Source: a virus (lineage: Duplodnaviria > Caudoviricetes). From it: DNA of 64,000 bases. The stretch lies in IMG/VR virus record IMGVR_UViG_3300021167_000382, positions 64,001-128,000 of that record, one strand, 5' to 3'. Made by a program: the position numbers and the translations under genes. Under the pieces are notes generated by a model. The model saw nothing but the letters and a program-made list of their open reading frames with translations. It made no database searches and had not been told where the DNA came from. Shown here one piece after another: positions 27,326 to 37,027 of the stretch (the stretch's first letter is position 1; every line of letters starts with the position of its first letter).

Positions 27326-28318
27326 TCAAAACTCACGAAACTCGATTTCATTCGATGCAGATTCCGTTACATAGGTCACGGACTGGATTTCGTCCAAATA
27401 GTTCAACTTGAATTCGTTGACATTACCAGACCGAGACTGAGTTTCAATCAAGCGATAAATCTGACAAGACTTATAGGTCTTTTCCGTCATCGCTGCAAAG
27501 ACAATCGCAATCCAGGTAGGCGGATGCTCCAATGCAACCATGATCATATCACGTGCATTGTTACCATACCAAGTATTCTGAACAACGGTGACCAGCATCG
27601 TCAGATTGAAGTCTTGAAGTCGGATATTCTTGACAATGTCCTTGATAGCCTGACAGAGACTCTCAACACCATCTACTTCCGGCATCTGGACGAAGATTTC
27701 CATAATCTCGCGTTCAGACAGTTTGGTTGCATTAATGGTATGGATCACAGCTATATCAAGGGCTTTTTCCTCGAGCTTCTTCTGGTCCGTAAACAGAGTA
27801 TGGTAATAGTACATTGCGATGGCCATGATCACACGCTGATCCTGGAAATCTAGACCATAGACTTTAGAAACAGCCTGGCTGATCCATGCCGCAAAAACAT
27901 TCCCAGCAAAGGAGAACTTGGAGCGGAGCGTCGATTGCTTTCCAACAACCCACTTCAATTCGAGCACTGACCGATTTTTGGTCAGCATGTACTCAGTTTT
28001 ATTCTTAACGGATTCCTCAAAAGTTTTTGCTGTGATATATTGAGCGGCGTGGTTTTTGTAAGCACGAACATCGGCTACGAGGTAACTCTGGCCTTTGAAA
28101 TTCTCGATCAAATAGGGATGAACGAAAGCAGGGACATGGCTTTCACCGGCTTCCAATCCAGCAACGAATACCAGGTGCATCTCTTCAATAGGAGAAATAC
28201 CAAAGTTTTGGTCGCGAAGACTCGTCATCACCAGTGCTTCTTTCAGGGCTGTTTCGAGTTTATTACTCGGGAAGATCGACCCAGCAGTCGTTTTATAGCT
28301 TGTTTTAAAAATTGGCAT
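27326..28318 (-). CDS. Virion structural protein, phiKZ gp28-like
   Basis: 330 aa; ALEHPPTWIA motif; divergent from the sheath gene. Confidence 0.7.
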   Translation of the reverse strand: MPIFKTSYKTTAGSIFPSNKLETALKEALVMTSLRDQNFGISPIEEMHLVFVAGLEAGESHVPAFVHPYLIENFKGQSYLVADVRAYKNHAAQYITAKTFEESVKNKTEYMLTKNRSVLELKWVVGKQSTLRSKFSFAGNVFAAWISQAVSKVYGLDFQDQRVIMAIAMYYYHTLFTDQKKLEEKALDIAVIHTINATKLSEREIMEIFVQMPEVDGVESLCQAIKDIVKNIRLQDFNLTMLVTVVQNTWYGNNARDMIMVALEHPPTWIAIVFAAMTEKTYKSCQIYRLIETQSRSGNVNEFKLNYLDEIQSVTYVTESASNEIEFREF

Positions 28319-28347
28319 TTTCTTTTTTTCCTCGTGAAAGGTTGGTC

Positions 28348-30444
28348 ATGAAGAACATTATCAATGGCGCACCCGGGTGGGTGAATTACGGCGTCAAGGA
28401 CGATTCGTCCTTACCCTACACCCGCTCAGCAGTTCCGCTTCCACAGCATTTGCCGAAGTTCTTTATTTACGCTCAAAAGGGTCCTTCGATCTTCGATAAA
28501 TACCCGGAACAATTGCTGGTTGGCAATGAGCGTAACTTGATGTACGGCGATGACACCTTCGTTGAAGGTTCGAAGTATTTCAATCACCAGACCGTGTTCT
28601 CCAATGGCGTGAATGCTCAGGGTAATACCGGCATGTATGTCCGCATGTTGGGCAAGAACCATGGTCCGAAACCGACTGCACAGCTGTCGTTGGATGTGTT
28701 GCCCTGTAAGATCGACGTCTACAAGCGCTATGCTGACGGTTCTTTGGAACTGGATGCCGCTGGTGATCCGAAGCTGACCGGCGCTCAGGTTGACGGCTAT
28801 CGCGTCAAGTTTGTAGTTAGTTCCATTTCCACCTTGGCCGGTGAAGCTGACTTCGGTCAACGTGATCCTTCTCAAGGCGATCAGGTCGATGCCGTTTCTG
28901 GTGTACAGTCGACACGTTACCCGATCATGGATTTCCAACACAGCTTCTATGGTGAAGATGGCAATCTGTCAGGTTTCCGTCTCTGGGGTCAGACGCTGGA
29001 TAACACCGGCTCCCTCCCGACCAAGATGATGTCGTCGGAACGTGCTTACCCGCTGAACTTCGGCATCGTTCGTAAGAACGCCAAGACGGGTAATGTTAAG
29101 TTCCAGGAAACCATTTTCGGTGAGCAGTTCATGACTGTGACGCTGAAGCCTGGCGTGATTGATCCGCTGACCAATAAGAAGATCGGTATCACTGATCGTG
29201 CTGTTAAGGAATACCAGAACTTGACCGATACTCGCTACCCGATGGCTTGGGGTGAGTTTGGTAAGATGGTGGTCTATCAAGATAACATCAACATGTTGGT
29301 TCAGATGTTCCACGCTGCTGAAGCAGCTGCTGGTCTTGAAAACTGGCATGACTTTGATGATGTTGAAACTGACAAGTTCCTGTTCAACATCTTTACCGGT
29401 GTGAATACCTCGGGTGCACCGTACAACAGCTTCATCTACGTTGAATCGCCGGATAGCGTTCGTTTCTCTGCCAATACCAATGTCTTCCTGCAAGGTGGCA
29501 CGGATGGTGAGATGACCAATGACAATTTCGCTGACTCCGTGAGCGAATACATGGATCGCTATTCGAATCCGAACGATGAACTGATGGATGACGCGTATCA
29601 CGTTGAATCCCACATCTACGATACCGGCTTCCCGCTGGATACCAAGTACAACCTGATCAAGTTCATCTCTGAACGTAAGGACACGTTTGTCCAACTCGTT
29701 CCGTACACCGACGGCGAACGCACGTTGACCTCGGCTGAAGAATACTCGATCGCTGCATCGTTGATGGCTCGCATTGCCCTGTATCCGGAATCGACCTACT
29801 TCGGCACGCCAGTCTATCGCGCCATGGTAACGGGTTGTTCTGGTAAGATCCGCGGTATGGCTGATGAACGGGATTACCCGGCTCTGTACGAGATCGCTGT
29901 TAAGAGCGCTAAGTATATGGGCGCGTCGAACGGTATTTTCAAGTCGAATGAGCGTTTTGAAGGTTATCCTGGTCACATCGTTGATTCGATGTACGACCTG
30001 TCGATCCGTTTCATTCCGGACAGCATTCGTGTCCGTAACTGGGATATCGGTCTGAACTGGCTGGCTCGTTTTGACCGCGAGCAGTACTACTTCCCGGCAT
30101 TGAAGACTGTCTACAATGAAGATACTTCCGTCCTAACGGGCTACATCTTCGCATGCGTCATGCTGACGGTCAACAAGGCATTGTCTAAGTGCCAGCGCGT
30201 TTTCTCTGGCCGTAGCGATTTGACACCAGCTCAGTTTACCACTAAGGTGAACGAATGGTTGACGGAAGAACTTCGTGGTCGCTTCGATAACCGCGTAACG
30301 ATCATTCCGCGTGCTCAGTTCACTTCGATGGACGAGATCCGCAACTATTCCTGGACTGTTCCGGTGGACGTTGGCGGTGAAGGCATGAAGACTGTTATGA
30401 CGGCTTATGCTGTTGCTCGTCGTCGTGCTGATCTGACCCAATAA
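28348..30444 (+). CDS. Tail sheath protein (phiKZ gp29-like)
   Basis: ~698 aa; PQHLPKFFIYAQKGP, LQGGTDG, YDTGFPLDTK and YPESTYFGT. Confidence 0.88.
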   Translation: MKNIINGAPGWVNYGVKDDSSLPYTRSAVPLPQHLPKFFIYAQKGPSIFDKYPEQLLVGNERNLMYGDDTFVEGSKYFNHQTVFSNGVNAQGNTGMYVRMLGKNHGPKPTAQLSLDVLPCKIDVYKRYADGSLELDAAGDPKLTGAQVDGYRVKFVVSSISTLAGEADFGQRDPSQGDQVDAVSGVQSTRYPIMDFQHSFYGEDGNLSGFRLWGQTLDNTGSLPTKMMSSERAYPLNFGIVRKNAKTGNVKFQETIFGEQFMTVTLKPGVIDPLTNKKIGITDRAVKEYQNLTDTRYPMAWGEFGKMVVYQDNINMLVQMFHAAEAAAGLENWHDFDDVETDKFLFNIFTGVNTSGAPYNSFIYVESPDSVRFSANTNVFLQGGTDGEMTNDNFADSVSEYMDRYSNPNDELMDDAYHVESHIYDTGFPLDTKYNLIKFISERKDTFVQLVPYTDGERTLTSAEEYSIAASLMARIALYPESTYFGTPVYRAMVTGCSGKIRGMADERDYPALYEIAVKSAKYMGASNGIFKSNERFEGYPGHIVDSMYDLSIRFIPDSIRVRNWDIGLNWLARFDREQYYFPALKTVYNEDTSVLTGYIFACVMLTVNKALSKCQRVFSGRSDLTPAQFTTKVNEWLTEELRGRFDNRVTIIPRAQFTSMDEIRNYSWTVPVDVGGEGMKTVMTAYAVARRRADLTQ

Positions 30445-30468
30445 CCCCCATCGTCAAGGAGAAACGAG

Positions 30469-31335
30469 ATGTCTCGTCAAACTGATCAAATCCTGAAATC
30501 GACCGGTTTCTTTTCCGGTAACGAAACGGCTTTTTCGAATCCGCTGCTTGGCGGTCAATTCGCTTGGGCTACCAATCCTGAAGAATGGCTGGGTACCCAG
30601 GCTTACGTTCCGCGTAACCTGATCCCTATCGTTCTGGAAACACCGCGCTTCTTCGAGAAGATGCCGAACCCTGACCAATGGGTCACTGCCTGGAAGATCT
30701 ACTTCGAAAAACACTGCCGTGTGATCGAAGGTTTGAAAGCAGGTCTCACGGTTGAAACTGCCGAACATGCTTTCGGTGCTGCTGGTGAAATGTTCCAGGA
30801 AATCGTCGATGTCAAGCGTGAACGTTCTACGCTGTCGACGACTGCTACCGAGAAATACGGTAACGTCTGGCAGACATTCTGGGAAAAGGTTATCACCTAT
30901 GGTGGTATGGACCCTGAAACCAAGACCCCGTTGATCGCTACGATGGCGGATGTCCCTGCCGACTTCTTGGCTGACTGGTACACCGGCACGATCGCGTTCA
31001 TCGAACCTGATCCGACCATGAAACGTGCACTGCGCTGCTGGGTCACGACCAATATCTTCCCGCAAGGTACTGGCTCGATCGAAGGAAAGATGGACAAGAC
31101 CTCGTCGATGTCTGTCAAGGAACTGAGCCTTGAGTTCAACGCCTTGTCGTTCTACGGCACTGGCACTCGTGCGCTGGGTCAGGAACTGCTGGACGGTATC
31201 TCGAAGCAATGGGCTAATCCACAGCTTCGCAAGTCCTTTATCACTGATATCGCAGCTGACGTTAAGGCTGTAACCAAAGGGTACAAGGAATCGGTCGAAA
31301 CCGTCGCAACCAACCGCGTCGGCGATACCATCTAA
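30469..31335 (+). CDS. Tail tube protein (phiKZ gp30-like)
   Basis: 288 aa directly after the sheath; AYVPRNLI and FIEPDPT. Confidence 0.82.
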   Translation: MSRQTDQILKSTGFFSGNETAFSNPLLGGQFAWATNPEEWLGTQAYVPRNLIPIVLETPRFFEKMPNPDQWVTAWKIYFEKHCRVIEGLKAGLTVETAEHAFGAAGEMFQEIVDVKRERSTLSTTATEKYGNVWQTFWEKVITYGGMDPETKTPLIATMADVPADFLADWYTGTIAFIEPDPTMKRALRCWVTTNIFPQGTGSIEGKMDKTSSMSVKELSLEFNALSFYGTGTRALGQELLDGISKQWANPQLRKSFITDIAADVKAVTKGYKESVETVATNRVGDTI

Positions 31336-31351
31336 GCAAAAAAGAAATGTG

Positions 31352-31379
31352 AGGAGAGGGTGCTTCGGCACCCTCTCCT
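31352..31379. terminator. Bidirectional terminator
   Basis: AGGAGAGGGTGC-TTCG-GCACCCTCTCCT between convergent genes. Confidence 0.82.
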
Positions 31380-31384
31380 TATCG

Positions 31385-31561
31385 TTAATCTTTAAATTGC
31401 TCTTCGAGGCGAGCGCGTGATTCAGCAAGCTCTTTACGAAGTAGTTCATGAGCTACCACGATCTTCTCCCCTTCATTCATGGGTTTCTGGTCATCTTTCT
31501 TCCCAGTGTTACCGGATGACAGATGGCTACCGAAAAACTCCCGACGCTGCATTGTTGCCAT
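31385..31561 (-). CDS. Small 58-aa protein (MATMQRREFFGSHLSSGN...ELLRKELAESRARLEEQFKD), not in the ORF track
   Basis: Manual translation; strong RBS AAGGAG; C-terminal coiled-coil-like helix. Confidence 0.6.
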   Translation of the reverse strand: MATMQRREFFGSHLSSGNTGKKDDQKPMNEGEKIVVAHELLRKELAESRARLEEQFKD

Positions 31562-31590
31562 TTCAAATTCTCCTTCTATCTGGTTTTGTA

Positions 31591-31899
31591 TTATCCAGCC
31601 GTAACCTGTTGAGATTGATAACCGTATTTCTGGCTATTCTCAATGGTACGGATTGTGGACATCATTGCAAAGATTTCCTGCATCCCGATTCCCAACTCAT
31701 AAACCCTGCCAGTCACTTCACAGAGTTTATTAAAGTAGAAATCAAGAATGATGATTGAGTTCGCAGTAATGCGAAGATGATCGTATCCGTCGAGCTGCAC
31801 GGTAATGTTCGGATAACCCGTGAAAAGGGTTACGTAGCGTTTAATCTCTTCTTCTAGTTCAGTAAGAGACTTAACACCTTCCGCATTTAACTTGAGCAT
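31591..31899 (-). CDS. Hypothetical protein, paralog of 32388-32708
   Basis: Shared V.L..GYPN, .R.T..S, EV.GR...GI. Confidence 0.7.
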   Translation of the reverse strand: MLKLNAEGVKSLTELEEEIKRYVTLFTGYPNITVQLDGYDHLRITANSIIILDFYFNKLCEVTGRVYELGIGMQEIFAMMSTIRTIENSQKYGYQSQQVTAG

Positions 31900-31921
31900 T
31901 TAAATCTCCTCCTGAAAGAAA

Positions 31922-32257
31922 TTAAAAACCGAGGCTCTTCCTAGCCTGGTCTTCCGTAAGAAAACCAAACCTTTCACCGTCTGTACCTTTACCAAAGATA
32001 CGACCATCAGTGGAATAGAGCCGACCTTTGATTTCATCTTCAATCGGAGAACCGCACATATCCATTGCAACAGCGATAAAATTCGATTCACCTATGGGTT
32101 TAACCAGATAGATCGGATAACCAATTGCATTTGCGCGAATAGCAAGAACTTCAACATCGCAGTCAGAACGATAGTGACGTTCACCTTCATTACCAAGCTG
32201 AGCACGAACTACGTTACCAACTTGAAAAGAAACCGGCTTTGTAATAATGTTATTCAT
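31922..32257 (-). CDS. Hypothetical protein (SH3/KOW-like FQVGNVV start)
   Basis: 111 aa; leader CTAGGAGATTCAAAATG. Confidence 0.65.
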   Translation of the reverse strand: MNNIITKPVSFQVGNVVRAQLGNEGERHYRSDCDVEVLAIRANAIGYPIYLVKPIGESNFIAVAMDMCGSPIEDEIKGRLYSTDGRIFGKGTDGERFGFLTEDQARKSLGF

Positions 32258-32311
32258 TTTGAATCTCCTAGTTTGTGGTCATGAGGGATACTAAATGTAT
32301 CCAGGGACATG

Positions 32312-32332
32312 TTAGATATACATGAGTGAAAG
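32312..32332 (-). promoter_or_regulatory. Putative early promoter, copy 5
   Basis: Minus strand TTTCACTCATGTATATCTAA; core at 32316-32324. Confidence 0.75.
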
Positions 32333-32359
32333 ATTTCAGAAGAAGAAAAATAAACATGG

Positions 32360-32386
32360 ATAGGCGCGGGGTGACCCCGCGCCTAT
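32360..32386 (-). terminator. Hairpin terminator
   Basis: ATAGGCGCGGGG-TGA-CCCCGCGCCTAT. Confidence 0.72.
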
Positions 32387-32387
32387 T

Positions 32388-32708
32388 TTACGAAGATGAA
32401 GTTGTTTCCATGTTCAGCATTTGGAACAACATCTTGATCGTGTCGATGGATTCGGCATCAATACCGATAGTCTGCAGTCGACCAAAAACTTCCTTTCTAT
32501 GCTTAAAGTCGTAATTGACTAAGGTGAAGCTATCAACCGTGACTCGCATTTGCGTGTCTGTGAATTCACAGATTGCGTTTGGATAGCCATTGTACAGGCG
32601 AACCCAGTCACAGATAAGTTTCCTTAGCGAGATGAAAGAACGTTCCTTCAGCGTACCGAAAGTGGCTAGTGCGTGATGGAGCGTTTTCACATCCACATAC
32701 TCACCCAT
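32388..32708 (-). CDS. Hypothetical protein, paralog of 31591-31899
   Basis: Shared motifs as above; RBS AAGGAG. Confidence 0.7.
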   Translation of the reverse strand: MGEYVDVKTLHHALATFGTLKERSFISLRKLICDWVRLYNGYPNAICEFTDTQMRVTVDSFTLVNYDFKHRKEVFGRLQTIGIDAESIDTIKMLFQMLNMETTSSS

Positions 32709-32814
32709 AATAACTCCTTTAAAAATAGCCCTAAAACCACCACAATCGCTTCCAGAGCGATAAATAGAATTAACTAGTCACATAGTCTAAGATTAACAAA
32801 GAAATGCAACGTAG

Positions 32815-32844
32815 ACCCCTAGGAGCCGTTTGGCTCCTAGGGGT
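32815..32844 (-). terminator. Hairpin terminator
   Basis: ACCCCTAGGAGCC-GTTT-GGCTCCTAGGGGT. Confidence 0.75.
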
Positions 32845-32860
32845 GACCGGGCTGTGAGGA

Positions 32861-33328
32861 TTACTTCAGCTTCTCAACTGCCAAAGCCTTGATGGCTTCC
32901 TTGGCCACATTGAAGCGCTGAGGAGCCGGCGCGAAGATGTCGAGCGTGGCACGGTTGGCGCCGGGAGTGACGACTTCAGCTTGAGTAGCCGGATTGCGAC
33001 CGACATGACTGCGGGAAACATAGGACTTCATCGCGCCGATCGGACCCAGGCTAACCTTACCCATGACCTTGTCGAGATCCTTGTCCTTGACCATGGCAGC
33101 CACGCTGACTTCGCCGATGACCTTGTGTGCCGCGGAGACGGTATTGGTAACGTGGTTGCTCAGATCAGTGATGATCTTCGGCGTCACGCCTTCGGGCAGA
33201 TTGGATTCAAAAACATCACGGCCGTCGAGTTCGATTTCACCATCAGTAACTTTATGGCCCTTGGCCAGTGCACGGAATTCACCTTCCATCTTTTCAATGG
33301 AGGCTTGGTTTTCTTCTGCTTTAGACAT
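32861..33328 (-). CDS. Putative DNA-binding protein with an HU/IHF-like beta arm
   Basis: KVSLGPIGAMKSYVSRSHVGRNPATQAEVVTPG matches HU V.L.GFG.F....R..R.GRNP.TGE.I.IPA; ATG 33328 with RBS AAGGA. Confidence 0.62.
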   Translation of the reverse strand: MSKAEENQASIEKMEGEFRALAKGHKVTDGEIELDGRDVFESNLPEGVTPKIITDLSNHVTNTVSAAHKVIGEVSVAAMVKDKDLDKVMGKVSLGPIGAMKSYVSRSHVGRNPATQAEVVTPGANRATLDIFAPAPQRFNVAKEAIKALAVEKLK

Positions 33329-33480
33329 CGGTATTTCCTTCTTAAAGAGTTGTGAGAGTTTTTGGTTTAGGCCATTTCTGACCATAGCCATTTTGTTACT
33401 TGGAAAAATCTACCTAAGTCATACTCGAGTAGTGACCTAAGCGAGTGCAAACTTTTCCAAAGAGCACAGCTTGCTCAAGT

Positions 33481-33500
33481 AGAATATACATGAGCTTCTG
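33481..33500 (-). promoter_or_regulatory. Putative early promoter, copy 6
   Basis: Core ATATACATG at 33484-33492. Confidence 0.62.
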
Positions 33501-33517
33501 CATTTTAGAAACAGGAC

Positions 33518-34150
33518 TTAGATCGTGAGTTCTTTCGGATCGAGCTTGCGACCCGTGATAGGTTTCCAAAGTCTGTTTGCAGCATAAGACATACTCAGGC
33601 CCTTGGTACCACCATACCCACAAGACGATACCGTTAGGTAGGCTGCTTGTTTCTTTTCAAGATACGCCGTCACCGTGTCCATCGCGTCATTCTCAACACT
33701 ACGAACATTCTCCCCCATACGGAGCCAGTCGTTCTTATGCACCACGACATAGAAACGATTCTTCACACGAACTAGTGCTAGAACATAGTCGTTAGGAATC
33801 GGTAGCTTGCAGAAAGTAATAACAGCGGCTTCCAGTGCCGTGAGACTATTCTCACTATCTAGAAATGTAATCATCTGCCCACGTTTCACCGGTGGAACTG
33901 AATTGTCGATGATTACTGATGCATGACTGAGCGCTTCACCGATGGCCGCCAGTCTACGTTCTTCACTGTGCGCTTCATAGTCGAAACTTCCAGTGGCAAT
34001 GATCACTTCCTGTTTAAAGGCTTCGGTTTCAGCACGCTCCTGCAAGGCCTCAACATCAACTACTACATCCTTGATCGATTCATCTATAGTCTTATTATCA
34101 ACGAATGCGAGTTCGTCGACCAGATACATCGATGTCATGATTCCACGCAT
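33518..34150 (-). CDS. Hypothetical protein
   Basis: 210 aa, RBS AAGGAG. Confidence 0.65.
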   Translation of the reverse strand: MRGIMTSMYLVDELAFVDNKTIDESIKDVVVDVEALQERAETEAFKQEVIIATGSFDYEAHSEERRLAAIGEALSHASVIIDNSVPPVKRGQMITFLDSENSLTALEAAVITFCKLPIPNDYVLALVRVKNRFYVVVHKNDWLRMGENVRSVENDAMDTVTAYLEKKQAAYLTVSSCGYGGTKGLSMSYAANRLWKPITGRKLDPKELTI

Positions 34151-34809
34151 TAGAAACTCCTTTTTGCTAAAGCGGTAACTCGGTTTGCCTGTTTGACAGG
34201 TGGCGTATGTTTCCGCAAGCGTTGTAGATTCTTGTTTCGAATCCGGTTATGAAGATTGAAACCTTGTAGCCGATACATCAAACGAAGTAGAAGACGATCG
34301 AAGCGATCCATCTTAAAGATTCGTGCGATTGTACTACATTCGAAATGCTTTGCCTTTTTCAAGGCACGCTTCAGTATGTGAGGTTGGACACCGTACTGGC
34401 AGGCGAGATTGTCATGCATTAGCACATAGTCTGATGGATTATGCAAAGCATGTTGGTCATTAAGAGACTTGATATGTTGAAACAGCACTTCCTCACGAAT
34501 CACCAATGCATCAAATTCATGATGACTGAGATCCAGGAAGAAATAACGATCGATGAGGATGACGTGTTTAAATAACATCAGGACACCACCTTCTTTCATA
34601 TGCAAGGAATCACCAGGCATACCGAGAGTCACACCGCGCAGAGAGGTAAAGAGGTGGTGCGATTGCACAGCCATCGGAGGAAAGCCGTCATCATGAAGCT
34701 GAGGCGGTGCATTTTGATAAACCGTATCCAGCGTATCATAAAAGAACATGTCAAGCTGATACGGAGAATGAAGAATGCGAAATTCGCTGATACCGTAGTA
34801 GTGTTTCAA
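34150..34809 (-). CDS. Possible catalytically dead M48-like zincin
   Basis: ILIDRYFFLDLSHHEFDALVIREE..H ... HDNLACQYGVQPHILKRALKK follows the M48 layout but HEXXH is replaced by REEVL. Confidence 0.5.
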   Translation of the reverse strand: MKHYYGISEFRILHSPYQLDMFFYDTLDTVYQNAPPQLHDDGFPPMAVQSHHLFTSLRGVTLGMPGDSLHMKEGGVLMLFKHVILIDRYFFLDLSHHEFDALVIREEVLFQHIKSLNDQHALHNPSDYVLMHDNLACQYGVQPHILKRALKKAKHFECSTIARIFKMDRFDRLLLRLMYRLQGFNLHNRIRNKNLQRLRKHTPPVKQANRVTALAKRSF

Positions 34810-34874
34810 GATAATCTACCCGAGGTTAGAAATGGTCTATCCTATCACTCAGTGGTAGGAAAAAGTATAGCCGG

Positions 34875-35108
34875 TTAGTGCGTTAAGAAAAAAGAATCTC
34901 TTCTATATTGAAGCTCTGCATTAGTATGCAGCATCCCGCCTTCGAACCAGAATTGAAACCGGCGATCCCTTACATCTTCGCACATCTCAAGATATGCATC
35001 AGCGATGTCTTCAGCGATGAAAGGAAACCATCCTTGGGTTGGCTGGTACATTTCTCGAGTAGGACTAACGTGATTAAACTTCTCAGCACGTCGTTGTTTT
35101 CGATTCAT
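34875..35108 (-). CDS. Small protein with basic N-terminal MNRKQRRA
   Basis: ATG 35108, downstream of a hairpin. Confidence 0.55.
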   Translation of the reverse strand: MNRKQRRAEKFNHVSPTREMYQPTQGWFPFIAEDIADAYLEMCEDVRDRRFQFWFEGGMLHTNAELQYRRDSFFLTH

Positions 35109-35127
35109 AATTACACCAACTTTAACA

Positions 35128-35158
35128 AGATGCAGGTAGGGTAACCCTACCTGCATCT
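35128..35158 (-). terminator. Hairpin
   Basis: AGATGCAGGTAGGGT-A-ACCCTACCTGCATCT. Confidence 0.65.
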
Positions 35159-35162
35159 ATGA

Positions 35163-35372
35163 TTAAGAAACGTGATAGTGGAGATGGCGCTTGTTCTTGA
35201 TAATCGGCTTAACACGCTGACCGATCTTCAACTTCACACCTTCCAAGCAAATCGGCTTAGTGACCGTATAGACCACACCGATCGCAGGGTTAAAAGTATT
35301 GCCAGCGATGACCCCGTCAGGGCTATTGAAATATTCAGCCGGCAACGTTTTAGCAGCAGTACGAATTTCCAC
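35163..35372 (-). CDS. Small beta-rich (SH3-like) protein, paralog of 37028-37264
   Basis: Shared TA.K, GV.(L/I)..G....I.KN.R...Y. Confidence 0.62.
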   Translation of the reverse strand: MEIRTAAKTLPAEYFNSPDGVIAGNTFNPAIGVVYTVTKPICLEGVKLKIGQRVKPIIKNKRHLHYHVS

Positions 35373-35380
35373 AGAAACTC

Positions 35381-35953
35381 CTAATTATAGGCAAGTGAAA
35401 CAATGGAGATACCGATCGTCAATGATAGATCAGCGATGATGAAGATAGTTGTTACAGAGATCACAGAGAGAATGCATCGAGCGAGAGACCGTTTTTCTTT
35501 TACGATACACGCCATATGAAGCCCTTCACTTACTTGTTTCCAAATTACAAATAAGAGAACAGGTACAACCACTGAAAAGAGCGTGAACCCTACGATGGTT
35601 TGGTAAGGAATTAGTTTAGAAGGAATGAGAAGAATTTGAACTGTAACCGGGTCAAACCTAAAAGGGAAATAACCAAGTTGGACTACTGCTTCCATGGCTA
35701 GAAACATAACTACAATGAACACAACTGATAAATACACAGTCAGAATCTGCAGTGTCCTAGAACTGTATTCCCCATCACTACTTTCTTCATCATTTTGTTG
35801 AAGATAGAGATTCAACTCTAACCAGAGAGAAACCAAAGGTATCGAAAGAATACCCGCCTTTAGGATGAAATGAGCGTCCTTCAGCGCGAACGGTGAAACC
35901 AGTAGAATCCCTGCTAATACCGAGAGCATTAACTTTAAAGAACACTTCATCAC
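35381..35953 (-). CDS. Multi-pass membrane protein, paralog of the next gene
   Basis: About 5 hydrophobic segments; shared L(K/R)D..FI.K..I.....WL(E/D)L. Confidence 0.68.
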   Translation of the reverse strand: MMKCSLKLMLSVLAGILLVSPFALKDAHFILKAGILSIPLVSLWLELNLYLQQNDEESSDGEYSSRTLQILTVYLSVVFIVVMFLAMEAVVQLGYFPFRFDPVTVQILLIPSKLIPYQTIVGFTLFSVVVPVLLFVIWKQVSEGLHMACIVKEKRSLARCILSVISVTTIFIIADLSLTIGISIVSLAYN

Positions 35954-35967
35954 TACACCCCCAAGAA

Positions 35968-36567
35968 CTAAAGAAAGGTGATACCTATTACCGCAGATGA
36001 GGTCGCAAGAGTGAATAGCGCGAGCGCTGTTACCTTATGAAGATAACACATAGCATACCCAAGCCGCCCTAGTCCATTTTCAGGGTCGCACTGAAGCACC
36101 GCAATTTTCCAAGGAAGGAATAACACGAATGGAATGTAAAGTACCAGTATGTTGAATAAGACAATGGAAACTAAAACATTCAGCGTGATACTCAGGCTCA
36201 CTAAATTCGTCGTGATATGGACTGTATCCATTTCCATTACTACGAATTCCGGTAACAGCAGGCCACTAAGACCAATCACTACCAGCAGCGCTGTATAGCC
36301 TGTTAGAATATTCATCCAACTAGGAATGGAGATTCGTCGATGGATTTCTTTAGCGAGATCGTACTGATCAATGCTGAGCGCCTTTCCGAGATCAAGCCAG
36401 ATAATGTAAAGCAGTGGTGCAACTATGCAAAACTTCGAAATGAAGCTAAAATCCCGAAGCGTCGTTGAGCCAACCGTAGTTAGTATAATAATCGCGATAA
36501 CGCTTAAAACACTAGTAAGTTTCAAGATACACCTCATAAGTTGATCGATGGAAATATTGATAAACAC
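35968..36567 (-). CDS. Multi-pass membrane protein (start uncertain)
   Basis: 5-6 hydrophobic segments. Confidence 0.68.
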   Translation of the reverse strand: MFINISIDQLMRCILKLTSVLSVIAIIILTTVGSTTLRDFSFISKFCIVAPLLYIIWLDLGKALSIDQYDLAKEIHRRISIPSWMNILTGYTALLVVIGLSGLLLPEFVVMEMDTVHITTNLVSLSITLNVLVSIVLFNILVLYIPFVLFLPWKIAVLQCDPENGLGRLGYAMCYLHKVTALALFTLATSSAVIGITFL

Positions 36568-36596
36568 AGCTACGTGGGATTCCCACGTAGCTGTGT
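36564..36596 (-). terminator. Hairpin
   Basis: ACACAGCTACGTGGGA-T-TCCCACGTAGCTGTGT. Confidence 0.65.
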
Positions 36597-36713
36597 CATT
36601 AAGAAATTTTTACAAGTACAGCGATTGCGAATACTACATGAAAGCACAACCAACACTGAGCAGCCTTCACACCCACATTAAGAAATGAGTTTGAGAGATA
36701 CATCACCATTCCC

Positions 36714-37025
36714 CTAAAGCAATATTGAGAGCTGAAGCACGTTTTCAATAGTCTTCAGTACAATATTTATATAACCATATTCTTTTTTCTCAACCACCTT
36801 CACTGCTTTAATTATTCGAGTAGGTGGTTTTTTAGGTTCTATATGCTTAACCTGATAAAACACAAAACTAAAAGTAATGACCGCAGCAATACCGATCATA
36901 CCTACAGAGAGTCGACGCTTTTCCTTCATCTTAGATGTGAAGCTTAGATTATAGAGCAACACAAATAGCGCCATATTGAGAAACAAGATGCCCATAAGGA
37001 CATCAATCACGTAATCCGGAACCAT
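36714..37025 (-). CDS. Membrane protein with 2 TM segments
   Basis: Two hydrophobic helices separated by a basic loop. Confidence 0.6.
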   Translation of the reverse strand: MVPDYVIDVLMGILFLNMALFVLLYNLSFTSKMKEKRRLSVGMIGIAAVITFSFVFYQVKHIEPKKPPTRIIKAVKVVEKKEYGYINIVLKTIENVLQLSILL

Positions 37026-37027
37026 TT

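Noticed and set aside
28426-31449. Long minus-strand ORFs opposite the sheath and tube genes (also 12684-13463 and 57609-58637 on +)
   Set aside because: Antisense shadows of strongly codon-biased genes
31385-31561. Tat signal peptide (QRREFF)
   Set aside because: No hydrophobic h-region follows the twin arginines
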